A stretch of DNA of 64,000 bases from Chlorokybus atmophyticus (taxonomy: Eukaryota > Plantae > Mesostigma and Chlorokybus algae): the NCBI GenBank assembly GCA_009103225.1, contig RHPI01001037.1, positions 1,893,661-1,957,660 on the forward strand. The letters run 5' to 3'. This document shows, piece after piece, positions 51,801 to 63,500 of the stretch. The notes under the pieces are model-generated. The model saw only the letters and a program-made list of their open reading frames with translations. It had not been told where the DNA came from and ran no database searches. The translations under genes and the position numbers were made by a program. Each line of letters starts with the position of its first letter. The stretch's first letter is position 1.

Positions 51801-52087
51801 GTCTAGTAATGATGATGAGGGGGGCGAGTCTGATGATTACTCGGTGTAACTAGGCAGACACATGTGATGGGCTATGTCTGCACACATGCTTCGCTGTAAC
51901 ATAGTGTTCTCTGCTCATTGTTTACTGTTGTGCACATGTACGCAAGTAGCATGCTTGATGCTCGTGAAGCAACACGACAAAACTGCCACTGTAGCGTACT
52001 GCCACGTACTGGCATAAATGGGTACATGTATGTACGCGTACACCACCGCTCACGTACTAAACGCGTACTGTGTACCATGTGACCATG
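48875..52087 (+). mobile_element. hAT DNA transposon copy 3 (3213 bp)
   Basis: Same TIRs; 8-bp TSD CTGTACGC (48867-48874, 52088-52095); inserted in the Gypsy integrase. Confidence 0.97.
49331..51849 (+). CDS. hAT transposase, 4 exons, apparently intact
   Basis: Same exon layout and ORF segments as copy 2. Confidence 0.9.
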
Positions 52088-54632
52088 CTGTACGCTCGGC
52101 GAGGCCGTCGGCTTGAGGGTGATCATGCGAGGTACGGCGGTGGTCGATGTAACATTTGTCCAAGAGGGTGTCGAATTCCCCTCTGAACTCAGTACCTTGG
52201 TCAGTGATGACCTCGGCGCAGCTGCCAAATCGGCTGAGAACGTGAGAGAGGTAGGCTTGAGACACCCCCCTGCTGCTCTTGTCGGTTAATGGTACCAGCT
52301 CCACCCATTTGAAGAAGTGCTCGATCATGACCAGGATGTAACGGTTGCCACGCGCTGAGGGTGCCAAGTCCCCCAAGATGTCGAGTCTCCATCGGTAAAA
52401 GAGACCGGAGATGGGGAGTGGGTGCAAGGTGGCGCTACGCGTGTTGAGGCTGGCGCGCACCATGTCACACTGCTGGCAGTGGCTGACGAACCCCTGCACC
52501 AATTTTGTTAACCCATACCACCAATATTGTGTCCTCACTAGGCTGACTGTACGCTTGACGCCGAAGTGTCCAAGCTCAGTGTGGAGGGAAGTGATGATGC
52601 CCTCGCGCGTGCCCGGTGTCGGCACTTCCTTGTCTTCGTCGTGGAAGCGGCGATACAGCTTGTCACCTGCCCATCGATAGTGACGGGTGCGTTCGTTGAC
52701 TCGGTCCTTCTCTCGGGCGCTCATGCCGGAGGGAAACTGGCCACTTTGAAGAAGAAGGAGAGTAATGGCTTGTCCTGCCATATGTCCTGCCTGGTCAGTG
52801 GGCGCCAGCTCTGTGCCATCGACGTCAATGTCGGCTGCGTCGGCGTCTGCCAAGGGTGTGGTTGCCGCAGGGCCGGTAGACTCAAGGGCAGGAATCTCCT
52901 CTGCCACTGCTGAGGCCGTGGTGTTGGTCTTGCGCCCTGAGCGCAACGCTGCAGCAGCAAACATCGCTGCCATGGTGGGGGCTGTTGCTGCAGGGACGAG
53001 CTCATGCCGAGCTCCAGTTGCGTCGTTGGTGCTGAGGTGAGGGTTGCGACTGAGGCCATCGGCGTCTTGGTTGGTGAGGCCAGCGCGGTGGTCGGTCTCG
53101 AAGTCGTATTCCTGCAACAGCAGGGCCCATCGAGCAAGTTTCCTTGTCAGATGTTGGTTGGTCATCAGCCACTTGAGGGGCTGATGATCGGTGATCAGTT
53201 GGAACTGTCGACCAAAGCGGAAAGGTCGGAAGAAGGAGATGGCCCACATTGCAACGAGGCACTCCCCTTCGTAGCTGCTGTAGTTAGCCTCGGCGCTGTT
53301 GTTGCTTCGGCTGGCGTATGACACCACCCGCTCCTTCTTGTTCTCATCATGCTGCACCAGCACCGCTCCCATCCCCAGCTTGCTCCAGTCGGTGTGAAGG
53401 ATGAAAGGCTTGGCGTAGTCCGGACGTTGAAGAATGGGAGCGGTGGTGAGCCTGCTCTTCAGCTCCTCAAAGGCCTGCTGTTGCGGCTCCTTCCATGCGA
53501 ACTCCACCTCCTTCTTCAGTAGCTCGTTGAGGGGCCTTGCGACCTTCGCGAAATCCTTCACTAACCGGCGATAGTACTACTAGTAGTTGGCAAGTCCCAA
53601 GAAAGCGCGCAGACGTGTGAGGTCTGTCGGGGCAGGGATAGCTGCCAGAGCCTCTACTTTTGCGTGCTGCACATACACACCGTGGGGCACAATCATGTGC
53701 CGTAAGTACGGCACCTTGTGGGTGAAGAAGGTACACTTGTCGGGATGTACGGTCATCCCCACTCCCTTGAGTCGTTCCAGCACCGCTTCGATGTGCTGAA
53801 GATGCTCCTCGTTGCTGCGGCTGGAAATGAGGATGTCATCGATGTAGCACCGCGCGCAGTCCAGCCCCTTCAAGGCCTTGTCCATGACGCGTTGAAACTT
53901 GGCGAGGGCATTCTTCAGCCCAAACGGCATTACCTTCCATTGGTACAACTGTCGGTTGTCTCAGAAGGAGGTCTTGTGCTTGTCCTCGTCCTTGATGGCG
54001 ATTTGGTTGTACCCTTGACGCATGTCCAGGATGCTGAAGACGGTGCAGTCTCCCACATCATCGAAGATACCCTCTGCTGTAGGCATGGGGTACCTGTCTT
54101 GCTTGGTCTTGTTGTTGAGGGGGCGATAGTCGCCACACATGCGTCGCTCTGTCCAGTTGCCTGCTGAATCCTTTTTCAGTGGCATGACGGTTGCTGCTGC
54201 GAAGTCCGATGTGGACTCTTCGATAAGGCCTGCATCAAGCAGCGCCTTACATCTCTGTTCCACCAAGTCCTCTTCCAACTTGGAGAGCCTGTATTGCCGT
54301 CGGAACACCGGCTGAGTGTCCACCAGCTCGATGTCCATCTGGTACACTGAGCATGTACCCAATTCCTTCACATTGAAGCTGAATTGGCTCCTCCATTTGT
54401 TGAGGAGAGCCTCCAGCTTCTTTCGAGTGTCTTCTGTGGCCAACGGGCCAATGGCATGGTCCTTGGAGGTTGCATTGGCAACCACGGGAATGTCCTCCAC
54501 TGTCACTGCTGCTTGCTCCTCCATGTGGACCACCTCGAGGGCTGTGTGAGCTGCCTTGGTGTCGGCTACGCGATCAGCCCACCCCCCAGCCAAGTGTTCG
54601 AGATCCTCGAAGGACACGTGGCGGTCCTGCAA
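52088..54632 (-). pseudogene. Gypsy pol: RT, RNase H and integrase core with in-frame stops
   Basis: ORF pieces 53961-54632, 53580-53948, 52088-53561 are in one frame, separated by TGA (in KTSF*) and TAG TAG (in ANY**YYRR). Confidence 0.9.
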
Positions 54633-55679
54633 CGCGAAGCTCANGTGTGCGTGAAACAGGCAGGTGTGAGGTGTACGTGTGGGTGATTATGGCGGGCACT
54701 CGTGGAGGTACCAGAGTTCCAGCAAGTGGGTAGGTTGCGCTGCTATAAAGACTCCTGTTCCAGCACGCCAACTCACAGCATGCAAGGGGACTCCCAAGCA
54801 AGTTGCTCCATACATGTGTGTGTTTTCATGCATGCATGAATGTGCACACATAATTTGCGCACGTGAGTGCGTGTGTGCGTGCGTGTGCGCACGAGTTGGT
54901 AAATGGGCGCAAGCGAGGTTGTCTAATATGCATCTTCATCTTTGTTGACCTTGCGCAAAAGTTCCACGAGGTGTATGCGCGTAGTGAGAACCCTGCCCAC
55001 GGTGCGTACTACCATCACGACACTGTTGACGTCGTCACTCCTGACGGGCACATTTGTACTTATCTTGGAGTCTTTGATTACACGCCGCTTGGGACGCACG
55101 CGCTCCGTGCTCTGCGGGGCTGCTCTCCCTCCTCGGCGCCCTGACCGCTGCAACATGGGTAAGCCAAGAACAAGGCGGCTGTCACCCGTGCGTGCGTGCG
55201 TGCGTATGAGCGTGTGCTACTAAGACAACAAAGCAATCCGCAACAGTGGTAAACCCACTGTTTTACATACATGCACACACATATGTGAGTAGGCACGCAC
55301 ACTTACACATACGCGCAAGTACATAAACGCGTGCCCGCGCGTGCATATTCTTTCTTATGCTCCACAAGCGCAAATATGTTATCGTGCGTGCGTAAACAAG
55401 TACAACAATTGTATGCTTCGCAAGCTTAATCATTGACTCCTCATGTGTGGCTGCAGCGAAAGATCCACACTGACTGTCTCGATGACTTGCTGCTGGAAGT
55501 CCGCCATTGCGGTGCGCCATGAAGTCGGTGTCCTCATCGTTCACCACGCAGTGGGACATGCACCCGGACGTGTACCTGGGGATAGGCAAGATGACGATAA
55601 TGTTTGTCCGAGAGCCGGGAGGCAAGTGCTTAGACGTTCAAGTTGAGTGTAAAGTTGGCGAATACGAGTAGGTGAACAC

Positions 55680-57820
55680 GTATGGGGATGCAAGCACGCG
55701 GGTGCGTGCGCGTGCATACACGCATGTGTTTGAGAGCGTGTGCACAGACACACACGCATGCACGCACGCCCACTCCCCCTCTCTTCCCCTCCCCCCNNNN
55801 NNNNNNNNNNNNNNNNNNNNNNNNNNNNNNNNNNNNNNNNNNNNNNCCCCCCCCCCCCCCCCCCCCTCTCTCTCCCTCTCTCTCTCTCCCTCTCTCTCCC
55901 TCTCTCTCGTGTGGCTGTGTCACAGCGTGCATCTCTGTTTCGGTCTAATTCTCTGCACACGCGCATAAAGACACCCAAACAAGCAGCCCCCACATATCAC
56001 GCATACATACACGCACCCGAACATGCACACTTGCTCGCGCACACGCAACAGCATCTAAGCAAACGCACGTGCAAGCTCATGCTTACCCACAACACCGCAC
56101 AACTGCGCACGCACACGCTCGCCCGCACGCCTGCACGGCCATGCATGCACATACGTGCACGCGCACGCACGCACACACACACGCACACGTACATGCGCGC
56201 CACACAGCCTCACACATACACGCACGGCCATGCACATACACACATGCACACGCACGCACGCTCGCACGCACGCATTTGCATGTGCCATTACGCACACATG
56301 CAAATACCTGCACGCCACATGCATGCAGCCTCACGCCACATGCATCACGCATATACGCACATACATACATGCATGCACGCCCACACGCACGCCCACGCAC
56401 ATGCACGCCACACAGACGCAGCCTCGCGCAAACGCACGCACGCTTGTGAATGTGTTTATATCTGGTGTTTGTGAGTGGCAATCTGACCTATGCATATGTG
56501 CACAGAACTACAATTGTGTGCGCTTGGAGCATAACGCTGATGGAGAAGATACGACCGCAGAAGAAATGACTTGCGGAAAAACGAGCAAGCACGCGGCATA
56601 AATGTTGCGTATGTCGCAGTGACACCGTCTACCATTGCTCGCAATGCGTATATCGTACTGCTTCAAGTGTGAGAGAAGGCTAAAGTGTGGTTTTGTCGTG
56701 ATTGCTTCAACGAAGCACATGAAGATCCGCAAGCATTGCAAGAGTGGCATGTGGAGCGCGGGAGGTATGTGACAACACACGCACACGCACGCGCATACCA
56801 CACACGCGCACACACACGCACACGCACATGCACGCCACACATACGCAGCCTCACGCATACACGCACGCGCGCACGTGCACGCACAGTACACGTACTTGTA
56901 TGCGCATGAGCTAACATGCAGCCTCACACATACACGCATGCATGCACACATGCACACACGTACAAACACGCATACGCAAGTGCACACACTCACGCTTGCG
57001 CACGCTACATACACGCAGCCTAACGCACGCACGCACATACATACGCAGCCTCACGCTTACACGCACGCGCGCACGTGCATGCACACATACACGTACTTGT
57101 ATGCGCATAAGCCAACATGCACACAGTTTTGCACATACACGCAAGCATGCACGCACGAATGCACACACATACACACACGCATATGCAAGTGCACACACTC
57201 ACGCTCGCGCACGCTACATACACGCAGCCTAACACACGCACGCACATGCATACGCAGCCTCACGCACACACACACGCACGCACGCACGCACGTGCATGCA
57301 CACGTACCTGTACTTGTATGCGCATCAGCCAACACGCACACAGCCTCACACATACACGCAAGCACGCACGAATGCACGCACATACACACACACACGCATA
57401 CAAGCACGCCACACATATGCAGCCTCACGCATACAAGCACACACTCACGCGCTATTCACACACAACCTTACACATACAAACATGCACGCACGTACGTACG
57501 CATGCACGTGCATTTGCTAACACGCACACACATGCACGCAACACAGACACAGCCTCACGCACGAACGCAACATGCACACAAATACACGCACGCACACACA
57601 TGCGCCACATATACACAGTGTCACGCACACACAGACAGGTGCAGGTGCCAACACGCACGCTGCACACGCACGCCATATACATATAGCATAACACAAATGC
57701 GCACACGCACACATGCGCATGCATGTGTGCGTGTGCGCATTTGTGTTATGCTATGTGTATGTGTCAACACACATGAACATGCACACCACACATACACGCA
57801 CGCACGCATCCACAGCAGCT
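55680..57820. repeat. Compound CA/CG/TA purine-pyrimidine alternating microsatellite field with ~200-bp higher-order repetition
   Basis: Extended CACACGCACGCATGCA-type tracts; blocks such as CACGTACTTGTATGCGCAT recur near 56890, 57088, 57305; interrupted by a non-repetitive stretch ~56460-56765 and an N gap. Confidence 0.9.
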
Positions 57821-58642
57821 TACACCAACATGTGGGCCATCCCAGGGCCGTAATGCCGAAGTGAAAGCGAGTGATGGTCACTACACAATCGACAGCAGCT
57901 TAAGACAACCGCGCTTCCTTGTCATGTGTGGTTCGGGCGGCGGCTGTTGCGGCTTACCCATGCTGCCCAGCTGTTGCTACCACAACTTACGCCGTGCAGC
58001 CAGCCAGCCCGCCCTCCCGCACCCCCTACCCCCCTTCTGTCTAGCCAGCCCCTCGGATCTACTTGTGTGAAGGATGTTGACTCGGTGGGTTGTCTGCATG
58101 TGTGCGTGTGTTTGTGCTGCATGTATAGTAATGCTGCATGTATAATAAGTAGAGTGCAAGGATTGCGGTATGCAAGAGAGTGTGACACACGCGGGACAAG
58201 TCAACTCACCACATCATGAAGCACTCACATTGATGTGCATACTGTGTGTGCGTGGTAGCGTGTGACTCATATGTGTGTGTGCGATGGTGTAAGTGTGGGT
58301 GTGCTCTAAGTATACGTGCAAGTGTGCGGCACCATCCATCAATTTACTGATTATACATAAAGGATCGTGCATAATGTAGCTAAGAAACGCTCACAGCAAG
58401 CATGACGGACACACCGGTAGGGACAGTTTACCCGAACGGGGTGTAGACCTTACAACAACACGACTTTACCTACCCAAATACAGCTACGTGCAACGTATGC
58501 GTGCATGTATATACACACGCACGTGCGTGCATTTGCACAGTTGACACAAGGAGTGAGTGCCTTTGTGTCACGCCCAACAGGCAAGGCTGTATTACTCTCA
58601 GCTACTATGTTGCGACATACGACAGCATGATTGTATGGGAGT

Positions 58643-59755
58643 TCAACTGCTTAGGTGTGTGCAATAAGTGGTTCGCTCATACAAGTCAGTCCTTGTTCTC
58701 AACGCCGTGGCCTCCGCCGAAGCCTCGTTGCTAGTCGTGACTACCTCCGTCGTCAGTGTCATGTCCGCGGCACCCCCTCGCGCCATCATCACCTGCTGCG
58801 TTGGCATCCGCCCCGCTCGTGCTCTTCCCGCACTTGGTCTCAGCTCCGGATGCTTGCTCCAACACTCATCCATCATGTGGCCTGTCTTCCCGCAGTGCCC
58901 ACACCGATCAGTTTGAGCCTCCCTTGACCTGCTGCCCCTCCTCGGACAATCGCGTTGAATGTGGTCGGCTGCACCGCACGCGTAGCAGCTGCGCCCCTCC
59001 GGTGTTGTCATTGCCGTCGCTACCCTCACCGATGTCGTAGTCGTTTGCTTCGTCTCCTTGCTGCTGGTCTCCCCTCTGTTCAGAGCTAGGATAGTCCTCT
59101 TGTACTCCACCGCGTGTTGCACCGCTTCCGCCATCTCGGACGCATGCTGCAACGAGTACTCCTTCACCAATCCTTGTCCCGCCATAGCAATCTTCACCTC
59201 CTTTGATAGGTGTTGCTCCAGCTGCTCCACATAGATGATCGCGGCTGCCTTGTCCTTCAAGATCGAGTACTCGGTGTCCTCCAACAGTCGGTACATCCTC
59301 CCGTACATCATCCTTGGTGTCTCACCCTCTCTCCTCCGGAATAGAGTCAGCTCCTTGATCTTTTCAGCTGTCATGGGCTTGAATGCTTCCTTCAACCTCT
59401 TGTAAAGCTCTTCCATGGCTGATGTTGTCGATGTCGGCGCTCCTCCCGACCTCAACGCTCGTTCCTCCACCGTGCCAGCTGCTGCAAGCTCCCGCTCGGT
59501 GACAATTTGCTCGTAGACGGTGTATGCCTCGTGCTTCAAGTATCGTGGGATTAGTCGGAATGTCTTCTCCTCCGTCCACGATCGGTCTCGTGTCTCCCAT
59601 TGCAAACACTCAGCCTTAAACTTCATAATAAACTCCCTCAACGATAATGTCTCTGGCCTTCCACTGAATGACAATGATGTGCTGGTGCTGCTAGTGTCAT
59701 CCTCCACGAGACTGAACATTCTAGCCATGCTACCACTCACTATCTCGTCGACCAC
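58643..59755 (-). CDS. LTR retrotransposon Gag with two CCHC zinc knuckles (superfamily uncertain; no protease follows)
   Basis: FSGRPE..EFIMKF, FRRREGETPRMMYGR, CYACGAADHIQRDC, CGHCGKTGHMMDECWSKHPELRP. Confidence 0.85.
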   Translation of the reverse strand: MVDEIVSGSMARMFSLVEDDTSSTSTSLSFSGRPETLSLREFIMKFKAECLQWETRDRSWTEEKTFRLIPRYLKHEAYTVYEQIVTERELAAAGTVEERALRSGGAPTSTTSAMEELYKRLKEAFKPMTAEKIKELTLFRRREGETPRMMYGRMYRLLEDTEYSILKDKAAAIIYVEQLEQHLSKEVKIAMAGQGLVKEYSLQHASEMAEAVQHAVEYKRTILALNRGETSSKETKQTTTTSVRVATAMTTPEGRSCYACGAADHIQRDCPRRGSRSREAQTDRCGHCGKTGHMMDECWSKHPELRPSAGRARAGRMPTQQVMMARGGAADMTLTTEVVTTSNEASAEATALRTRTDLYERTTYCTHLSS

Positions 59756-59883
59756 ACACCGGTCTTACCCACCACCAAAGTCTCTGGATCTGGTCAGCAA
59801 GTGAACAGTCTACACGAGGGTGATGATGATGATTTCCTCCTTGTAGATGTACTTGCTGAGCAAGGCACAATGGTATGCGCCAG

Positions 59884-60514
59884 TGTCACACGCTCACAAC
59901 AACAACAGTCTCAGCTAAGGCACCAATCGCATACAACACACGAAGATGTATTGCACTAGTGTTATGGCACTTGTATGGCACTTGTCACTTGGTATGGTAA
60001 CTTGCTGACCAGATAGCTACATCTATTCAGTCACACTACTTATGCAATGAACAAGTCAATGCACATGTTCAAATCTAGCACAACCAATTAGGAATGCACT
60101 AGACCATGGTCAAAGCTACTTGGACTTGCTCTCTTCCAGCTCCAGCTCCAATCCACGTCTCCAATGATGAGTGAACCGTCTCCATGACCAGCTCTTGACT
60201 GCCACATGGATGCCCACTCCTTGCACCAGTCCTTCTCCACTCACAACTCCCAAATAGCCTCGATTACACCCACCAGATCTGAGTTACGCTAATGTCCGGA
60301 TACACTGACTGTAACTCGCCAAATGCACTTCCCCTTACTCAATAACTTCCTCCTCTACCTTCCCATCACAAAACCCAACAGACATCATAGTCTAGATATG
60401 CTTCTCCAAGCAAATCCAACTACCTCATGCCTACAACCAGCCCACAGTCTGTTATTGCCCTGCATGTAGTCATATCCCGAGACAATCTGACTCAAGTCCT
60501 TCTCCGGTATGACA
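59884..60514 (-). mobile_element. Candidate 5' LTR (631 bp) of the gag-bearing element
   Basis: Ends TGTCACAC..GTATGACA (inverted 7/8); TGG 1 nt inside on the minus strand (possible PBS TGGCGCATACCA); the outer end abuts the subtelomeric repeat, which is truncated there. Confidence 0.65.
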
Positions 60515-63500
60515 TAATGCAGCCTTAATACTAAAATGACAGTCATTTTTGCCAATGCGAATGTAGTTTATCATCGATGCATTGATCATCGCTGCTATGT
60601 ATGTATGCAAGTAAGGCCATATATGAGGGTAATATACTATAGCAATAGCATCTAACGCTATCAAATAATGCATGCAATTCATATACCACTTACATTGCAT
60701 CTTAGTAATACACATTGCGTGTATGTTGTCCTCATAACACGGCAGCTGCGTCATTGACCAAGGTCACGCGCTGTTAAGTGGCGTGTGCGCCAAGCAGCAA
60801 GCTTTTCAATTGGTGATAAACACTTCCGGTTCAATCAAAAAACCGCATTTTATCGTCACTCCCGCTTGTGGCTCTGGTCACTAGTCTTTAAAACTAGTTT
60901 TTGACTCCATTAGAAGACAACTATTTGCGAGCAATAGTTGCTACCATAAGCTGCTCTCGCACCCCAATCCAACCCCAACCCTACTCTACAACTGCCACCT
61001 GCACTGCAAAGCAATGACAGTTGCCTGTCAGCAGCGTAGACCTCGAGCATGCACGAGAGCCCTAACCCCCACCCCCACCCGTAACTCCAACCCCAACCCC
61101 AACCCCAACCCCAACCCGCAACCCCGCTGGCTTTGCCGCTTTCTGGCAATCACATCAAGAGTCGTTACAACGCATCTTTGCTACTTTGAATGTGGTCACA
61201 TACGAGCGCACTAAGCTGCAAAGAGAGCCAGTACATGCAACTTTTGAAAGGTTTGTGCAGCAAATTGTGAAGCTCTTGGGCGATGAAGGTTGCAATCTAC
61301 CTAGCCGACCTGCCTTCTCATTGAGCATGCTCGCTTACGATGTGGCGTGGGCAAAGAAGGTGCGACTCAATATAGATGGCAATTGCCTTCGTGACGCACA
61401 CAAAGAATCTGATAGATCTGATGGATATTGTTTTGTTATCATCTTAGAGTTAGGGTTAAGGGATTAGGGTTAAGACTAGGGCTAGGGCGTACAAATATGA
61501 AGCCACGAGAGTGGCTTTGCGGTTTCCCGCAACTGTTGGCAGTAATAGTCATATCGTCTCTTTATTGTGTACATATGACGATGGCGATACCATGCACGCG
61601 TGCACCGCTTATAAATGATGTCATTTGCCACTTGATCGTATGACGACACATGGACAGCAAACAAACATTCTACAGACACACCGCTGATTAATATTAAAGA
61701 TTAGAGGCTATCAAGTATAGCGTTGTTATGCATCATGCTGACTGCAGCGCGACCGGTGCGTAACCGCGCCATAACGAGGTGTGTATATTACCTTTTGATC
61801 TTACAAGCTGACCGAACAACCATTGTTCGCTAGAGCCATTCGGTGGGACCACCGCCCTGTTTCGCGGGGCGTCCGGTTAACTTAGTGTACCCTGTAGCTA
61901 CGCCTTTCAATTCAGGACGCAATAAGCGCCCAATTGCAACTCATCAGCCTTAATACTTGCTGTGGAGCATTGGATGTATGATCTAGACTTGGGCTTGCGG
62001 TAAGCATAATGCAGCCTTAATACTAAAATGACAGTCATTCTTACCAATGCGAATGTAGTTTATCATCGATGCATTGATCATCGCGGCTATGTATGTATGC
62101 AAGTAAGGCCATATATGAGGGTAATATACTATAGCAATAGCATCTAACGCTATTAAATAATGCATACAATGCATATACCACTTACATTGCATCTTAGTAA
62201 TACACATTGCGTGTATGTTGTCCTCATAACACGGCAGCTGCGTCATTGACCAAGGTCACGCGCTGTTAAGTGGCGTGTGCGCGAAGCAGCAAGCTTTTCA
62301 ATTGGTGATAAACACTTCCGGTTCAATCAAACCGCATTTTATCGTCACTCCCGCTTGTCGCTCTGGTCACTAGTCTTTAAAACTAGTTTTTGACTCCATT
62401 AGAAGACAACTATTTGCGAGCAATAGTTGCTACCATAAGCTGCTCCCGCACCCCAATCCAACCCCAACCTTACTCTACAACTGCCACCTGCATTGCAAAG
62501 CAATGACAGTTGCCTGTCAGCAGCGTAGACCTCGAGCATGCACGAGAGCCCTAACCCCCACCCCCACCCGTAACTCCAACCCCAACCCCAACCCCAACCC
62601 CAACCCGCAACCCCGCTGGCTTTGCCGCTTTCTGGCAATCACATCAAGAGTCGTTACAACGCATCTTTGCTACTTTGAATGTGGTCACATACGAGCGCAC
62701 TAAGCTGCAAAGAGAGCCAGTACATGCAACTTTTGAAAGGTTTGTGCAGCAAATTGTGAAGCTCTTGGGCGATGAAGGTTGCAATCTACCTAGCCGACCT
62801 GCCTTCTCATTGAGCATGCTCGCTTACGATGTGGCGTGGGCAAAGAAGGTGCGACTCAATATAGATGGCAATTGCCTTCGTGACGCACATAAAGAATCTG
62901 ATAGATCTGATGGATATTGTTTTGTTGTCATCTTAGAGTTAGGGTTAAGGGATTAGGGTTAAGACTAGGGCTAGGGCGTACAAATATGAAGCCACGAGAG
63001 TGGCTTTGCGGTTTCCCGCAACTGTTGGCAGTAATAGTCATATCGTCTCTTTATTGTGTACATATGACGATGGCGATACCATGCACGCGTGCACCGCTTA
63101 TAAATGATGTCATTTGCCACTTGATCGTATGACGACACATGGACAGCAAACAAACATTCTACAGACACACCGCTGATTAATATTAAAGATTAGAGGCTAT
63201 CAAGTATAGCGTTGTTATGCATCATGCTGACTGCAGCGCGACCGGTGCGTAACCGCGCCATAACGAGGTGTGTATATTACCTTTTGATCTTACAAGCTGA
63301 CCGAACAACCATTGTTCGCTAGAGCCATTCGGTGGGACCACCGCCCTGTTTCGCGGGGCGTCCGGTTAACTTAGTGTACCCTGTAGCTACGCCTTTCAAT
63401 TCAGGACGCAATAAGCGCCCAATTGCAACTCATCAGCCTTAATACTTGCTGTGGAGCATTGGATGTATGATCTAGACTTGGGCTTGCGGTAAGCATAATG

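Larger units (their letters stand above)
47740..54643 (-). mobile_element. Ty3/Gypsy LTR retrotransposon, 3' part (RT-RNaseH-INT-PHD plus 3' LTR), decayed and interrupted by hAT copy 3
   Basis: Domain order RT (ERRMCGDYRPLN, YIDDILI) - RNaseH (LHTDWS..ECLA..LITDH) - integrase (H-H-C-C, LDILG, TDQGTEF, GLAER); candidate 310-bp LTR 47740-48049 with TGTTGA..TCAACA ends and PPT GGGGGGTGGCT; 5' side ends at an N (54644). Confidence 0.88.

Noticed and set aside
32101-52087. hAT triplication as an assembly artefact
   Set aside because: Each copy has its own perfect TSD and private substitutions, and removal of copy 3 restores the interrupted integrase frame.
55740-57864. Long His/Thr/Ala- or Cys/Val-rich ORFs (up to 329 aa)
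   Set aside because: CA/TG microsatellite lacks stop codons; the translations are compositional artefacts on both strands.
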